From Lama glama (lineage: Eukaryota), in contig CM052817.1 in assembly GCA_028534125.1 (NCBI GenBank), positions 43,278,001 through 43,342,000 on the forward strand: a stretch of 64,000 bases of DNA, written 5' to 3'. The notes beneath the pieces were generated by a model. The model had not been told where the DNA came from and did not search any database. It saw only the letters and a program-made list of their open reading frames with translations. The position numbers were made by a program, and so were the translations under genes. Shown piece by piece: positions 44,701-53,772 of this stretch; position 1 is the first letter of the stretch; every line of letters starts with the position of its first letter.

Positions 44701-45940
44701 CTTTTAAACGGAATCACAATGTACATACTATTCTGAAACTTGATTTTTTTGATTAATATATCTTTGGGCATTTTTTATATCGATATATAGAGAGCTGACC
44801 CATTCTTTCCTTTTTTTTAAATGATGACATAAAATGGCTGTAAGTTACAACTGAGTAATTTCATACCCCATGGATGGCTATTTATGCTATGTGTACATTT
44901 TCATTAACACACATGAATGTCCTAAGGCCTATATTGTTTCAACCTTATGTAAGTATACCTATTTGATAAATACCTAGAAGTGGAATCACTGGGTTACAGG
45001 GGTGTGTGTTTAAACACCAATAGGTACTGCCAAAATGCCATCCTGAAGACTGCCAGGCTGACTCTCCCACGAACAGGTGTGAGCATGCCTGCTTTGTCCA
45101 CATCTTCTGTAACACTGGTCTTCTTACAATTTTTTCACCTTTACCAATACTTAGGTAGAAATGGGTACTCATTGTGTTATTTATATTTCTTTACTTCTCA
45201 TGTTTGTTGGACATTTATCAATCTTTTCATAACCTAGTCATGTCCCTTATAAACTTTTCCATACTGAGTTTATTTTTCTCACTGATTTATTTGTTATTTT
45301 TATGCTAAAGAAATGAGTCTTTTGTCAAATGTGCTGCAAATATTTTTCCCCTATGGGTCATCAGTATTGTTTGCCATCATGAATTATAAATTTGTATATA
45401 GTTAAATAGATCGATATTTTTCTTTTAGGCTCTTGGTTTGTATCATGGTTGTAACTGCCTTCCCTACTCCAAGATTATTTTTTAAATTCACCCATATTTT
45501 AACTCTTTCATTTCAGTATTTTTTCCATCTGTAATTTAGTTCAATGTAAGAAAGGAGAAGGAATACAAATTTACTTTTTCCCCCAAATGGCTAGAAGTTT
45601 TCCTAACATCATTTATTGAATAGGTCAATGTCTCCTCTCTGATATGAAATGTTATCTTTTTCATATAATAAATTCCCAAATCACATACTCAGTTTATTCT
45701 GTTATTGACCCCTATGCTTTGGTGTCAGTACAAATTATTTTAACTATGTATTTTTATTAATACATTTAATATGTTCTTAGTTTTAGACATCCTCCAGTGG
45801 GCATGTTAATTTCTTCACATGACCCTTTTATCAACTTTCAAAGTTTCTTCTTAATATTTTGACTTTCTGTGTTTTGATTTGACTCAGGTAACTTACTGTG
45901 TTATGAAAGCTTAGTTTTTACTTACCCAGATAGATGCCAT
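3227..45940 (-). CDS. ANXA3: Annexin A3, complete spliced CDS (12 coding exons, 972 nt, 323 aa)
   Basis: Manually spliced exons of 15+88+95+114+91+80+57+94+96+59+123+60 nt, all GT-AG and in phase. Translation [38 protein letters not shown]...LLKLCGGED* has four annexin repeats, the ANXA3-specific N-terminus, W5 and W190. Confidence 0.98.
6836..6958 (-). CDS. ANXA3: ANXA3 exon 12 (123 nt)
   Basis: [49 protein letters not shown] flanks. Confidence 0.97.
7080..8360 (-). mobile_element. L2 LINE fragments (two 3' ends)
   Basis: cattcattcaacaaacacttactgagcacctactgtatgccagg, the reverse complement of the L2 3' end, at ~7955; a similar motif lies at ~7095. Confidence 0.65.
9007..9065 (-). CDS. ANXA3: ANXA3 exon 11 (59 nt)
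   Basis: (V)[19 protein letters not shown]; visible in ORF 8890..9090; AG/GT flanks. Confidence 0.96.
10420..10765 (+). mobile_element. ERV1-type LTR fragment (MER34/MER39-like)
   Basis: tgtcttgaccaaacttgagtcaggc... start; AATAAA near 10730 close to the 3' end. Confidence 0.45.
10865..11110 (+). mobile_element. Old L1 (L1MB-like) 3' end
   Basis: acagaaagtaaactggtggttgcc...actctgtgactatactaaaa...aaatgggtgaattttacggtatatga. Confidence 0.7.
11730..11955 (+). mobile_element. MIR SINE
   Basis: ccagctctaccac...acctggggaaggtacctaacctttctgtgcctc...gttgttatgaggcttaaatga. Confidence 0.7.
12926..13021 (-). CDS. ANXA3: ANXA3 exon 10 (96 nt)
   Basis: (T)[31 protein letters not shown](V); AG/GTAAG flanks. 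Confidence 0.97.
14410..14503 (-). CDS. ANXA3: ANXA3 exon 9 (94 nt)
   Basis: [31 protein letters not shown](T); also visible in ORF 14354..14596. Confidence 0.97.
14840..14896 (-). CDS. ANXA3: ANXA3 exon 8 (57 nt)
   Basis: [27 protein letters not shown] flanks. Confidence 0.96.
15030..16115 (+). mobile_element. Old L1 (L1MC/MB-like), ORF2 end and 3' UTR
   Basis: Degenerate ORF2 C-terminal peptides ([38 protein letters not shown]) followed by L1 3' UTR and an A-rich end. Confidence 0.85.
16500..16720 (-). mobile_element. MIR SINE
   Basis: ttaatcttcacaacaccctatgaagttggtactgttattatt...tacagatg...aaatggaggct. Confidence 0.65.
17702..17781 (-). CDS. ANXA3: ANXA3 exon 7 (80 nt)
   Basis: (V)[33 protein letters not shown] flanks. 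Confidence 0.97.
18075..18555 (+). mobile_element. MLT1 (MaLR) LTR, MLT1J/K-like
   Basis: gcagccatcttgcactatgaag...gagagaaataaacttttatttaagccac. Confidence 0.6.
20605..21212 (+). mobile_element. ERVL-type LTR (LTR33/LTR16-like)
   Basis: TG start, tctctattaaattctgtt...tctgttttcctgactagagctgattggcaca end. Confidence 0.5.
21368..22100 (+). mobile_element. MER21-like LTR
   Basis: ggtctttgtccctggttcttgggaggtaacctctaaatacttggaatttcc...gttctgtgagtcattctactgagttattgaacctga...ggtgtcagacttgca. Confidence 0.7.
22588..22678 (-). CDS. ANXA3: ANXA3 exon 6 (91 nt)
   Basis: [30 protein letters not shown](V); AG/GT flanks. Confidence 0.97.
23345..23757 (+). mobile_element. Relatively young L1 3' end (artiodactyl-type)
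   Basis: gagattatcataccaagtgaagtaagccag...cagactcacagacatagaaaacaaactt...cttcaataaaat. Confidence 0.85.
23940..24140 (+). mobile_element. MLT2 LTR 3' fragment
   Basis: gcctgtcctgcagattttaga...ccaattccttgcaataa...gaaccctgactgataca. Confidence 0.65.
24882..24995 (-). CDS. ANXA3: ANXA3 exon 5 (114 nt)
   Basis: [42 protein letters not shown] flanks. Confidence 0.97.
25760..26400 (+). mobile_element. L2 LINE fragment
   Basis: ggcttttgcatttgctggaccttctgtctgacacgctctt...ctttcacagcacttacca...tagaatgttaggtccatt. Confidence 0.55.
26554..26764 (-). mobile_element. MER20 hAT DNA transposon
   Basis: Reverse complement reads CAGTGGCTCTGAAC...GATTTTGCTCCCCTGGGGATATTTGGCAATG...TCACAACTG...AAACCCTG, matching the recalled MER20 consensus. 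Confidence 0.8.
27009..27103 (-). CDS. ANXA3: ANXA3 exon 4 (95 nt)
   Basis: (G)[35 protein letters not shown] flanks. Confidence 0.97.
27860..28097 (+). mobile_element. L1 3' end (artiodactyl-type)
   Basis: caacaaggacctactgtatagcacagagaactatatttaatatcttgtaataacctat...ataactgaatcactttgc. Confidence 0.8.
29380..30720 (+). mobile_element. Highly diverged old L1 (L1M)
   Basis: A-rich degenerate ORF2/3' UTR motifs (ctaaaattcata, ttcaataaactgcactgggacaat, gcagttaaaatgaatgaact). Confidence 0.6.
31092..31179 (-). CDS. ANXA3: ANXA3 exon 3 (88 nt)
   Basis: [29 protein letters not shown](G); AG and GTAAGT flanks. Confidence 0.97.
31700..31895 (+). mobile_element. ERV1 LTR 3' fragment
   Basis: tctctggacatgagtccaccttctcccc...tgattaaagcacctttcc...gagtggcgagcagctgaacctgagtttggttaaca end. 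Confidence 0.65.
33112..33585 (+). mobile_element. Solo LTR, ERV1-type (474 bp)
   Basis: TG...CA ends, AATAAA near 33534, 4-bp TSD CTTT (33108-33111 and 33586-33589). Confidence 0.75.
34413..34594 (+). mobile_element. MER5A hAT element
   Basis: tagcggttctcaaagtg...ggaccagcagcattggcatcacc...tttgagaatcactg termini. Confidence 0.8.
39620..39955 (+). mobile_element. MER21-like LTR fragment
   Basis: ggtctttgccctgggttcc...tcctgagtgataggaatgtc...ccagtaaaagctctggacacc, shared with the copy at 21.4 kb. Confidence 0.65.
41258..42445 (-). mobile_element. 5'-truncated L1 inserted in Tigger1
   Basis: Antisense L1 ORF2-end/3' UTR sequence (minus-strand peptide ...[12 protein letters not shown]...); TSD ACATAACTT at 41249-41257 and 42446-42454. 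Confidence 0.88.
41677..41710. repeat. (GT)n microsatellite inside the L1
   Basis: Directly visible. Confidence 0.9.
42950..43290 (-). mobile_element. Old L1 (L1MB-like) 3' end
   Basis: aacataaaatgtactactttgaacatttttaagtgtaaagttcag...cctggcaaccacgattctatttctgtctctatgaattt. Confidence 0.75.
43563..44171 (+). mobile_element. MLT1 (MLT1D/E-like) LTR
   Basis: tgtggtgggcagaac...aagggactttgcagatgtaactaa...caactgcaaggaactcaattttgccaacaacc...gcagcaggaaacaaacaca. Confidence 0.8.
44560..45780 (-). mobile_element. Highly diverged old L1 (L1ME-like)
   Basis: T-rich antisense L1 motifs (atacctagaagtggaatcactgggt, catcatttattgaatag). Confidence 0.6.
45926..45940 (-). CDS. ANXA3: ANXA3 exon 2 coding part (MASIW); whole exon 45926-45978
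   Basis: ATG GCA TCT ATC TGG|GTAAGT; acceptor ...cttttattttcctttaatag ends at 45979. Confidence 0.96.
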
Positions 45941-46611
45941 GCTATCCCACCTTTGTCTTGAGTTGAGATCACACTAGCCTATTAAAGGAAAATAAAAGTA
46001 CTGAATGTTATAAATCTGAGATTCAGAACACCATAATCTCAAACTAACCTTTAATCTCTAATCCAGTAGACAGAAGTCAAGATTCAAAGAGAAACCATCT
46101 CAGGAAGAGGATGTATCTCTAACATCAAGTACTCCATCTGCTAAACAAACATTTACTGAGCACCTACTGTCTACAATGGACCGTGCTAGACCTGTGAAAG
46201 GCCCAAAATAAGATAGAAAAAATAAATTTCTGTACTTAAAGAGGTTTGCAAAGGTTTCCTGGAAAGCTAATTTTTGACTCATTTAAAATCCAGGAGAACT
46301 ACAGTGATTGCTGATTTCTTTTGACTACTGTCATAGGGAACAACCACAAAAACCTGTCCCTGTCTTCAGTTTTGGTTTTTTTTTTCAGTTTCATTCCTTG
46401 TGTTTGTGAAATCTCTGTTTACATTTTATAAGGCTCCAAGTCTACAGCCTGTTATAAATAGGCATGAGTGCTCTTTAAGGAAGGTCCAGTCCTCCATGGA
46501 GCCTATAGGTGAAAAAGGGCAATCCTTTGATGGAGCCCTGACTGAGAACTCAGACACACTTTCCATATGTAAACATTATTTAAACATGCTGGCAAATCTC
46601 CAGGGTTGACT

Positions 46612-46719
46612 TAGAAATAGAAGTTGCTCCTTCCTTTCCTGGGAACAAAATATTCTAAAAATTCATAGAAATAAAAGTTGCTCCTTCCCTTCCTGGGAAC
46701 AAAATATTCTAAAAATTCA
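46612..46719. repeat. 54-bp direct tandem duplication (2 copies, 52/54 identical)
   Basis: TAGAAATA(G/A)AAGTTGCTCCTTCC(T/C)TTCCTGGGAACAAAATATTCTAAAAATTCA at 46612-46665 and 46666-46719. Confidence 0.95.
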
Positions 46720-47263
46720 GGGCTCGTCCCAGAGCAAAGTTCAAGAGGAAATGACACTATTAGTCCCTGAAAATATTTAGCCTTAATTTTCTCAGACCCT
46801 CTGTAGGGGAGCGTAGTCGGCTCTCTAGTTACAGGGTCTAACACTACATTCCCCTATATATACAGTGAATACTGTGTCATTATCATATCATTAGTTCTGG
46901 TTTTGCCTTTTAAAGCTAGACACAATTATTTGAGCCTCAGTTTCCTCATCTGTAAAAAGGGGAGAGGAGAGCTGTTGCTGGCATTAAATGAAATAATATG
47001 TATAATAATATCAGCTAAAGTTTTGACTTATTACTACATTGCAGGTAATACGAAAAAATATTTTTTAAAAAAACACTATAAGGTCAATTCTGAAAGGCTA
47101 GAGATTTTTGTCATGCTTGTTCACTGGGGCATAGGAAGTACTAAAAAAATGCTTATTAAATTAATGAATGATTTAATAAAAGCCTCACAACAATCTAGGG
47201 GAGCTGTGTATCACTAATAACATCTCCACTTTGCATACGAAGCAGCTGGGGCACAGAGAGGTA

Positions 47264-47454
47264 TAGTTGGTCCAAAGGTATCCGCAGTTACAAGTCCCTC
47301 TCCTCCAGCCCGCGGAGCCGAAATTCCGCGCATGCGCAAGTCCCTCACGTGAAATGGCGCGGTACAGCCGGTTCCCTGTACCCGCGGGCTCTGCATCCGC
47401 GGATTCTACCAGTCGCAGTTTGGCGTGAAACCCGGGGCTATGGAGGGCCAACTG
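47264..47454 (+). mobile_element. MER2/MER8-like TcMar-Tigger MITE, CpG-rich
   Basis: TA|TAGTTGGTCC...GGAGGGCCAACTG|TA termini; internal gtatccgc / gcatccgcggattc motifs of the family. Confidence 0.7.
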
Positions 47455-48449
47455 TACCTCTGTGCCACCCCTACTGAACCGAGGAAGTCACACTCCCCCA
47501 AGCTTCTGCCTGACCCAAGTACCCGGCCCATACAATGTCAAAGCTGATGCTACGTATGGATCCAGTATAATTTGTAAATTACGAGTATTTATTACTGATT
47601 TAAATTTTAAGAAGCGAAGAATTACCCTAAAGTGGAGGCCAAATGGCCTAACAACAGAACTTTAAACATCCTTTTTGGAAAGAGATTATAGAGTGCTTGC
47701 ATCATTTCCTTTACTTCCTCCTTGTTCCCATATTTCAGCAGGTGTCTCTACACAACCACACGGTTTTCTGAGAACAAAGTTCTGGTTTTCTTTACACTTT
47801 GAGTTCCCTTTTTCGTCAGTCTTAAGTTTTCTGCCTACATGAAAGCCAATGGCAGTATCTTCGCAGAATAATGCTTTTATGAGTTACAATTTTCATGATG
47901 TTGATTTTTAATAAGTCTCCGCCCAGAGGGCAGAGTCTAGCTATCTGCGCAGAACACAAATCATTGGAAAAAGACTTAGCCCGGGCGGCGTACCTTCTTA
48001 TCCAGAGGGGCCAGAGGGGCCTACTGCGACCCAGAACCTTCTAGATCCTGTAAAAACCAGTTTCCTATATGTGGCCACTTGCTATCAAGTACTCAGATCA
48101 CCTATCTGCTGACTCAAATGCGAGAGGAATGATTCATGCCCAGTGAATCAGACTCTTGCAACCAAAGAAAAAGGTGAGTCCTTTCAAGGAAACGCAGACT
48201 TCTCCCAATGCCCAGTATCTAAATACAACTTTCTTCTACCTCCTAAAAGAATTAGGCGAAATAAAAATAAACTGCCTCCGCGAAGAAGAGGACCTGCTCA
48301 CAAGGATGGGTGGGGTTCCAAGTGCTCAGAATGGTGCGTGGAGCCAGCCCCTCCTAAGGCTCTGGGGACGGAAGACCATCCCGACTCCCCTCTCTTCTTC
48401 TGTTCCCAAGACCCTGAGGGTTGGGGAGGCAAAGATAGCCAACTGGACC

Positions 48450-49080
48450 CCTGCGCGGCTAGCTGTGAGGAAAAGCCAGGGGTCTAGGGCGCCGGGAACA
48501 GCTGGCTGTCAGCTTGCGCCCCTCCCTGACCAGAACTGGGTGACCCTTCCAGGGCAGGCACTTCTGCTCCCCTGGGCCTCAGCTTCCTGCATTCTGAAAA
48601 GCGGGTCGTGGACTCCAAGCCCCAGGCGGGTGGGTGTGCGAGGTGGAAACCAGCCCGGTGCTGGCCCAGGGCTCCACTGCGCTTGTGGGGGAACCAGCCG
48701 AAGCGCGCCGATAGCTCCAAGCGGCGGGGCAGCAGGCGCGGCCGGCGAGGCTCGGGGCGACGCGGGGGGAGGCTGAACTTACCTGGAGCGAGGCCTCGGG
48801 AGCCCGCGGGCGGAAGAGCGGACAGCGAGGGTGTGCGGTCCGGCCGCTGCTTGCTCCGCGCTCGCTCTCGCCCGCCCTTGACCCGGACCGCGCCCCTTCC
48901 TCCCGCCCCTCCTCCGGCCTCCCGGCTCCACCTGATCGCCCCCGGGGAGGACCGGAAAGGGGAAGCCGCGCCCTGCGGCCGCTGGGAATCCAGTCCTGCA
49001 CGCGCGCGCCCTCAGCCCTTCGCCTCTGCGGACTCCGGGGTCTGAACTTTCCCGCCTCGTCTCCCATCGTCCTCATCCCA
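48450..49080 (-). promoter_or_regulatory. ANXA3 CpG-island promoter with GC boxes
   Basis: Dense CpG, GC-rich block; GGGCGG (Sp/KLF) motifs at 48872-48877 and 48903-48908; no obvious TATA box; contains the exon 1 donor. Confidence 0.88.
48783..48870 (-). other. ANXA3: ANXA3 non-coding exon 1 (5' end approximate)
   Basis: Consensus donor CAG|GTAAGT (GT at 48782-48781) inside the CpG island, just downstream of GC boxes. The TSS cannot be fixed from sequence. Confidence 0.8.
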
Positions 49081-49134
49081 TTTCCTCGATTTTCCCTTCT
49101 CCTTCACATATGAAGTTTTTCTTCAAACTTACTG

Positions 49135-49240
49135 CAGCCTAATCACCTCCCAAAGACCTCCCTCCAAGTACTATTGCTCTAGGGATTAGGATTTCAACGG
49201 ATTGATTCTGGGGGCACACAAACATTCAGATCATAGCAAC
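49135..49240 (-). mobile_element. MaLR LTR fragment
   Basis: cctaatcacctcccaaagacc...gggattaggatttcaac...cacaaacattcagatcatagca. Confidence 0.65.
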
Positions 49241-50029
49241 CAAATTATAATAACTCCCACAGTCTCTCCTTAAAAACTTTGCTATTAAAATTTCTAATTG
49301 TAAAATATTTTAAAGATACCTAGAATAAATGATTATGTTATAATATTGATACCTGTGTATTTACCATCCAGCATTATCACATCTTAAACATTAGACTATA
49401 TTCTTTCAGAATGTTTTCAAGACATTTAAAAAATTATATTGGTACAGCTGATGTTCCTTTTGTGCCCTTTCTGATCCATTTCCCTCACTCTTTCTCCAAA
49501 GGTAATCGGACAGTAGATATGGTATTAATATTCTCATATATGTTGTTTTTACTTGTTTCAAAAATATTGATATAGCCATCAAATTATATGATTCTCTTTA
49601 GCAGATTTTTAAACTTTAAATAAATGGTATCATGATGCATATTCTGCCACTGGCTCTTTGTAGTCAATGCTAGCTGCTCTGATAGCTACCGTTGTTCATT
49701 CCTTTTAACTACTGTAGAGTATTCCATTTTATGGTTCTATCATGGTTTACTCCTGCTGATGGGTATTACATCATTTCAATATTTGCTACTTTGAATAATG
49801 TTGTGGTGAACATTATTATATATAACTTCTTGTTCACAGGTGTGTGTCAGTGACATTACAATCTGAAAATAAAATAAGGCAAAAAAGAGAGAAAACATTT
49901 GAATGAGTGGCTTAGGGAGTGATTGGTTACTAGGAGAAGATGTGAATAATCATGCAGATTAGGTTACTTCAATGATTAGTTTTTAAATGGGGCTATACGC
50001 TGAAAATTTTCAGAAGGTTGGACAAAAGT

Positions 50030-50330
50030 ATGGGTTAGCTACTGCCACCATAATGCTATATAACAAACTACCCTCAAACACAGGGGCTTAAAACGAATCA
50101 TTTATTCTTCCAGCTTGGCTGAGGTGGCTCTGTTTCACATGTCCATTCTGGTCCAATCTGAAGGGGCAATGACCACCTGGAGGAAGCTCTTCTCCTGGCA
50201 ATGTCAGCGTACAAGTACAGCCAACTACACAAGCACCTCTCAAGCCTTTGCTTGCATCATGGCTGCCAGCATCCCATTGGCCAAAGCAGGTAACAAGACT
50301 GAGCCCAGAGGCAAAGGAGAGGAAAGTGTA
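50030..50330 (-). mobile_element. MLT1 LTR fragment
   Basis: gttagctactgccaccataatgctatataacaaactaccc...ggcttaaaac...catcccattggccaaagcagg. Confidence 0.6.
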
Positions 50331-51929
50331 CTCTGTCTGTGGTGGATGAGGCAGGGAAGTGATAGTTCTGAGCAATAAACTTACCTATCTTAGCAGCCAA
50401 CAGAGAGGTGTTGGGGAGGGGTTGGGAGCTCACAACATGGCCAAGCTCTGTCAAATGGAACGGGGACAACTAGAGAAGCCCCCACATCCAATATTCAGGC
50501 CTGGGGACAGGCAGAAATGTTGAAGGTCTCAAGATCCCAGGAGAGATTTAGACTGGACATAAGAATTTCCTTGGGAAGAAAAAAACTTAACCAATAAACC
50601 AAAATATTATTTTGGTGCTTGGAACTACAGAATCATCAATAATTTAACTATCATTTTTTAAGCACCTACTGTTCTTAATAGTTTGCACACATCCTCTTAT
50701 TTAGTTTTCACCCCAACCAGATGAGGTAAGTCCTATTTTGTATTATTTTTAAGAGTTGCATAAATTGGACAGCCTGAGTGAGACCCTGGCTCAAGTTCAC
50801 ATAGCCAGTAAATCATGTAGTTGAGATTCAAACCAGGCAACTTGGCTCCAAAACACATGGCTACAATGTACCGCTTATAAATCTACATATAATGCCAAAA
50901 GATTGACCCAAGGGGCCCCTGAGGAATTGGGAGTGGGGTGGGGAGAGAAAGAACTGGCCAGCAATCTAGGTGAAACCATTCTTCTTTTAAGTTCAAAAGC
51001 TCTATAGTTATATATGTATTTTCTACCAGTTGAAACTGACATTATTCATGGCCCCCGTCAGCTCAGTAGACAGGGAAGACATATAGACAAAACGGGTGCA
51101 TGTGTTGAGTGGGTCCCTTCTATTTCTGAAAGTAAATCTTTGAGCAGAAGAGACAGTCTGCTGGTTCACATACACAAAATGCAGCATACTATTCACAGTT
51201 CTGTATTTTGTTTTTCCCTCTTCTCAATTACTTGATTGCTTTTTGATCGAAGCAGAGGTGTGGATTTACTTCAATCAAAATGTATCAGTAAATATTTATG
51301 GACTGCACGCTAGCTGTAGGGTACTGTGTTAAGTGTTATGGAACATTAAACAGAAATAAGGAGACAGTTTGGATATCAATGAGTTTAAAATCTAAATGGA
51401 GTTAAGACAAACTCATGCAAAACTGGAGTCAGTAATCTGTGATGCTTTGTAGTTTTTGTGTGTAATGTTAGATTCTGGGAAAATGACTTGAAACATTGCA
51501 GCTTTAGGAGAAAAGTCACACCAAGGAGATTGGGACAGTCAAAGAAGGAGGCAATGCAGTTTGAAGGCTTTGAACATTATCACTTGAATGAATCATCACT
51601 TGTTTAACAATTTTTAAATTAGTGAGCCCCCCTATTTCTCAATGATGGCATAAAGTTGTGCTACTTCCACTGCTGATATCCTGAGAAAAGCTTTTGTGAA
51701 AATATTAACTGGAAGGAAAGGATTAGGACTAATGAATCGTCGTTTAGAGTAATTTTGTAAATTTTGGTTTGATTCATCTACTTTCAGTAACTTAACTGTC
51801 AGAATGCATTTTTTCCCCTAGTCTTTAAACAGGATAATTCATGATGTCTTTGTAACCAATCCAGGTGCTGTTTTGACTCAGAGGAAAGTCACCAAAGTGG
51901 ACTGCTGTTTACAAGCCCAAGAGGCAAGA

Positions 51930-52064
51930 GCATAGTCCTCAAAGCTGGGTCCCAGAACCTGGGAACCTACTGGAAATGCAAATTCTCTCAGACCCTACTG
52001 TAGACCTCCTGTTTAATAAGCTGTCTGGGCAATTCTGATGCACCCTAAAGTATGAGAACCACTG
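51930..52064 (+). mobile_element. MER5A fragment
   Basis: ggaaatgcaaattctc...attctgatgcaccctaaagtatgagaaccactg. Confidence 0.6.
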
Positions 52065-53133
52065 GTTTCAGAGGACATTCTTCCTTAAATAGAAGAAAAG
52101 CTGCAATGGAGGAAGGAGAGAGGCGGGCTTGCTTGTAAAGCCAGTGTAACGGGAGCTCACCAGATTTCAAAATCTAAAGTGATGAGCTTTCTGCCAAGAC
52201 AGAAGATAGGGTGGTGTTCTGCCTTCTGTTCTGTACTGTAATTCCTGACTCCCATTCAGAGACCATCATGATAAACTATGAAGTCCCATCTCATTCTGGA
52301 AAGTTCTGGGATTAGCATGGGGGCAACTGGGTATGTATTAAGAACCTATTACTTAGGCGAGACTCTGAGTAATGCACTCGGCATGCATGGCCTTCCTTGC
52401 TTCACATCTACAGACCAGCTTAAATTAGGCGTGATCACTTCTCTTTTTCAAATTCCAGGACAGGCTCAGAGGGATTCAGCAACGTCCACAAGTTGTGTCC
52501 CACACAACCAGGAAGAGACAGAGCTGAATTTATAGCCAGAAGGAAGTGAGTAACAGGTGGTGTTTACGTGTAAGATTTATATCAATTGTTCCAGGTTCAG
52601 GGTTTAATCTCCTTGGTTTCAGGATGGCAACTTTAAAATAAAACACTCTCTAACCTTTTTTTTTTTTTTTTGAGTTTTTCTAGCTGTAACAATTGCCCAG
52701 TTACCACCTTTTAGGCTAAAATCATGCTATAGCATAATTATAAAATTAATATTTTCCCTTCAAGGATAAATCTTCTCAGAAGTAAATGTTAGATGATAAA
52801 ATTATGATAATGATAAATGTTAGGATCCCAGAAACCAGGTTTATAGTAATCCAGAAAAAAAAAATCCAGAAAAGATTACTTGGTGAAACTTTCACCATTC
52901 TGAATACACAGAACTACTTTAGTTTTATAAGAAGTTAATTTTCCTGTATCACCTTTTTTCTCTGCTAAACAGAACAATCTGAGAGCCAAATATAAGATTT
53001 TAGAGAGAAGTTATTGAGATATATTTTAATTTAAAAAATGTTTTAAAGTTGATGTATAGTTGATTTACAATGTTGTGTTAAGTTCTAATGTACAGCAAAG
53101 TGAAAATATGCTTAACTCCCTTTAGAAGTTGTT

Positions 53134-53150
53134 TATATATATGTGTGTGT

Positions 53151-53189
<39 letters not shown>
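53134..53189. repeat. (TA)n/(TG)n compound microsatellite
   Basis: Directly visible; abuts the SINE tail. Confidence 0.9.
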
Positions 53190-53190
<1 letters not shown>

Positions 53191-53282
53191 TTTTTTTTTT
53201 TTTTTTAGTGGAGGTACTGGGGATTGAACCTAGGACCTGGTGCTTGCTAAGGACTCACTCTACCACTGAGCTATACCCCACC
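53190..53282 (-). mobile_element. tRNA-derived SINE (camelid Vic-1-like) with poly(A) tail
   Basis: Minus strand GGGGTATAGCTCAGTGGTAGAG...GGTCCTAGGTTCAATCCCCAGTACCTCCACT(A)n: A and B boxes plus A-tail. Confidence 0.85.
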
Positions 53283-53378
53283 ATCATAGTATGTTTTAAA
53301 AATATGGTAACATGTGAGGGCAAAACTAAAAAATACAGATTCAGTTGACCTAATTGTTGTGGAGTATGATTGCTCTTA

Positions 53379-53772
53379 CGGTGGTGTGCTGAGCCAGGCT
53401 GGCATGAGAGAGCCAATTGCTAAATTTTTAGGAGTTTTGCAAGCAAACACAGCCATTATTAAAAATTATATTAAATAAACACAACTGAATATGTTAAACA
53501 AAGGTACTCAAGCTTTCTAATTCACTTTACTACCTTTTACTATTATTGATGCTCTTGAGCTTATTTACGTCTATTTTATCTGTGTGGAAGAAATGCTATA
53601 TGAACTTCCATTCCTGTGTATCTCTTCCTATCTTCACGTTCAGTGAAATTATGTTGGTAGGTTAAATTCAGCTATGTTAGGGTACATTCAACATAAAAGC
53701 CAGCAAATGTTTTGAAGCAGGCCTTCCTGGTCTCCAAAAGCTGGTTGTGAAACATTTATCAGCATGTCACTG
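53379..53772 (+). mobile_element. MER63-like hAT element
   Basis: cggtggtgtgctg...gagagccaattgctaaattttta...aaacacagccattattaaaaatt...aaacatttatcagcatgtcactg. Confidence 0.75.

Noticed and set aside
48143..49076. Several 114-206 aa ORFs over the promoter
   Set aside because: Stop-poor GC-rich CpG island giving low-complexity G/R/P/A peptides; no homology recognised.
53207..53282. tRNA-like sequence
   Set aside because: Degenerate anticodon arm, poly(A) tail and adjoining microsatellite indicate a SINE, not a tRNA gene.
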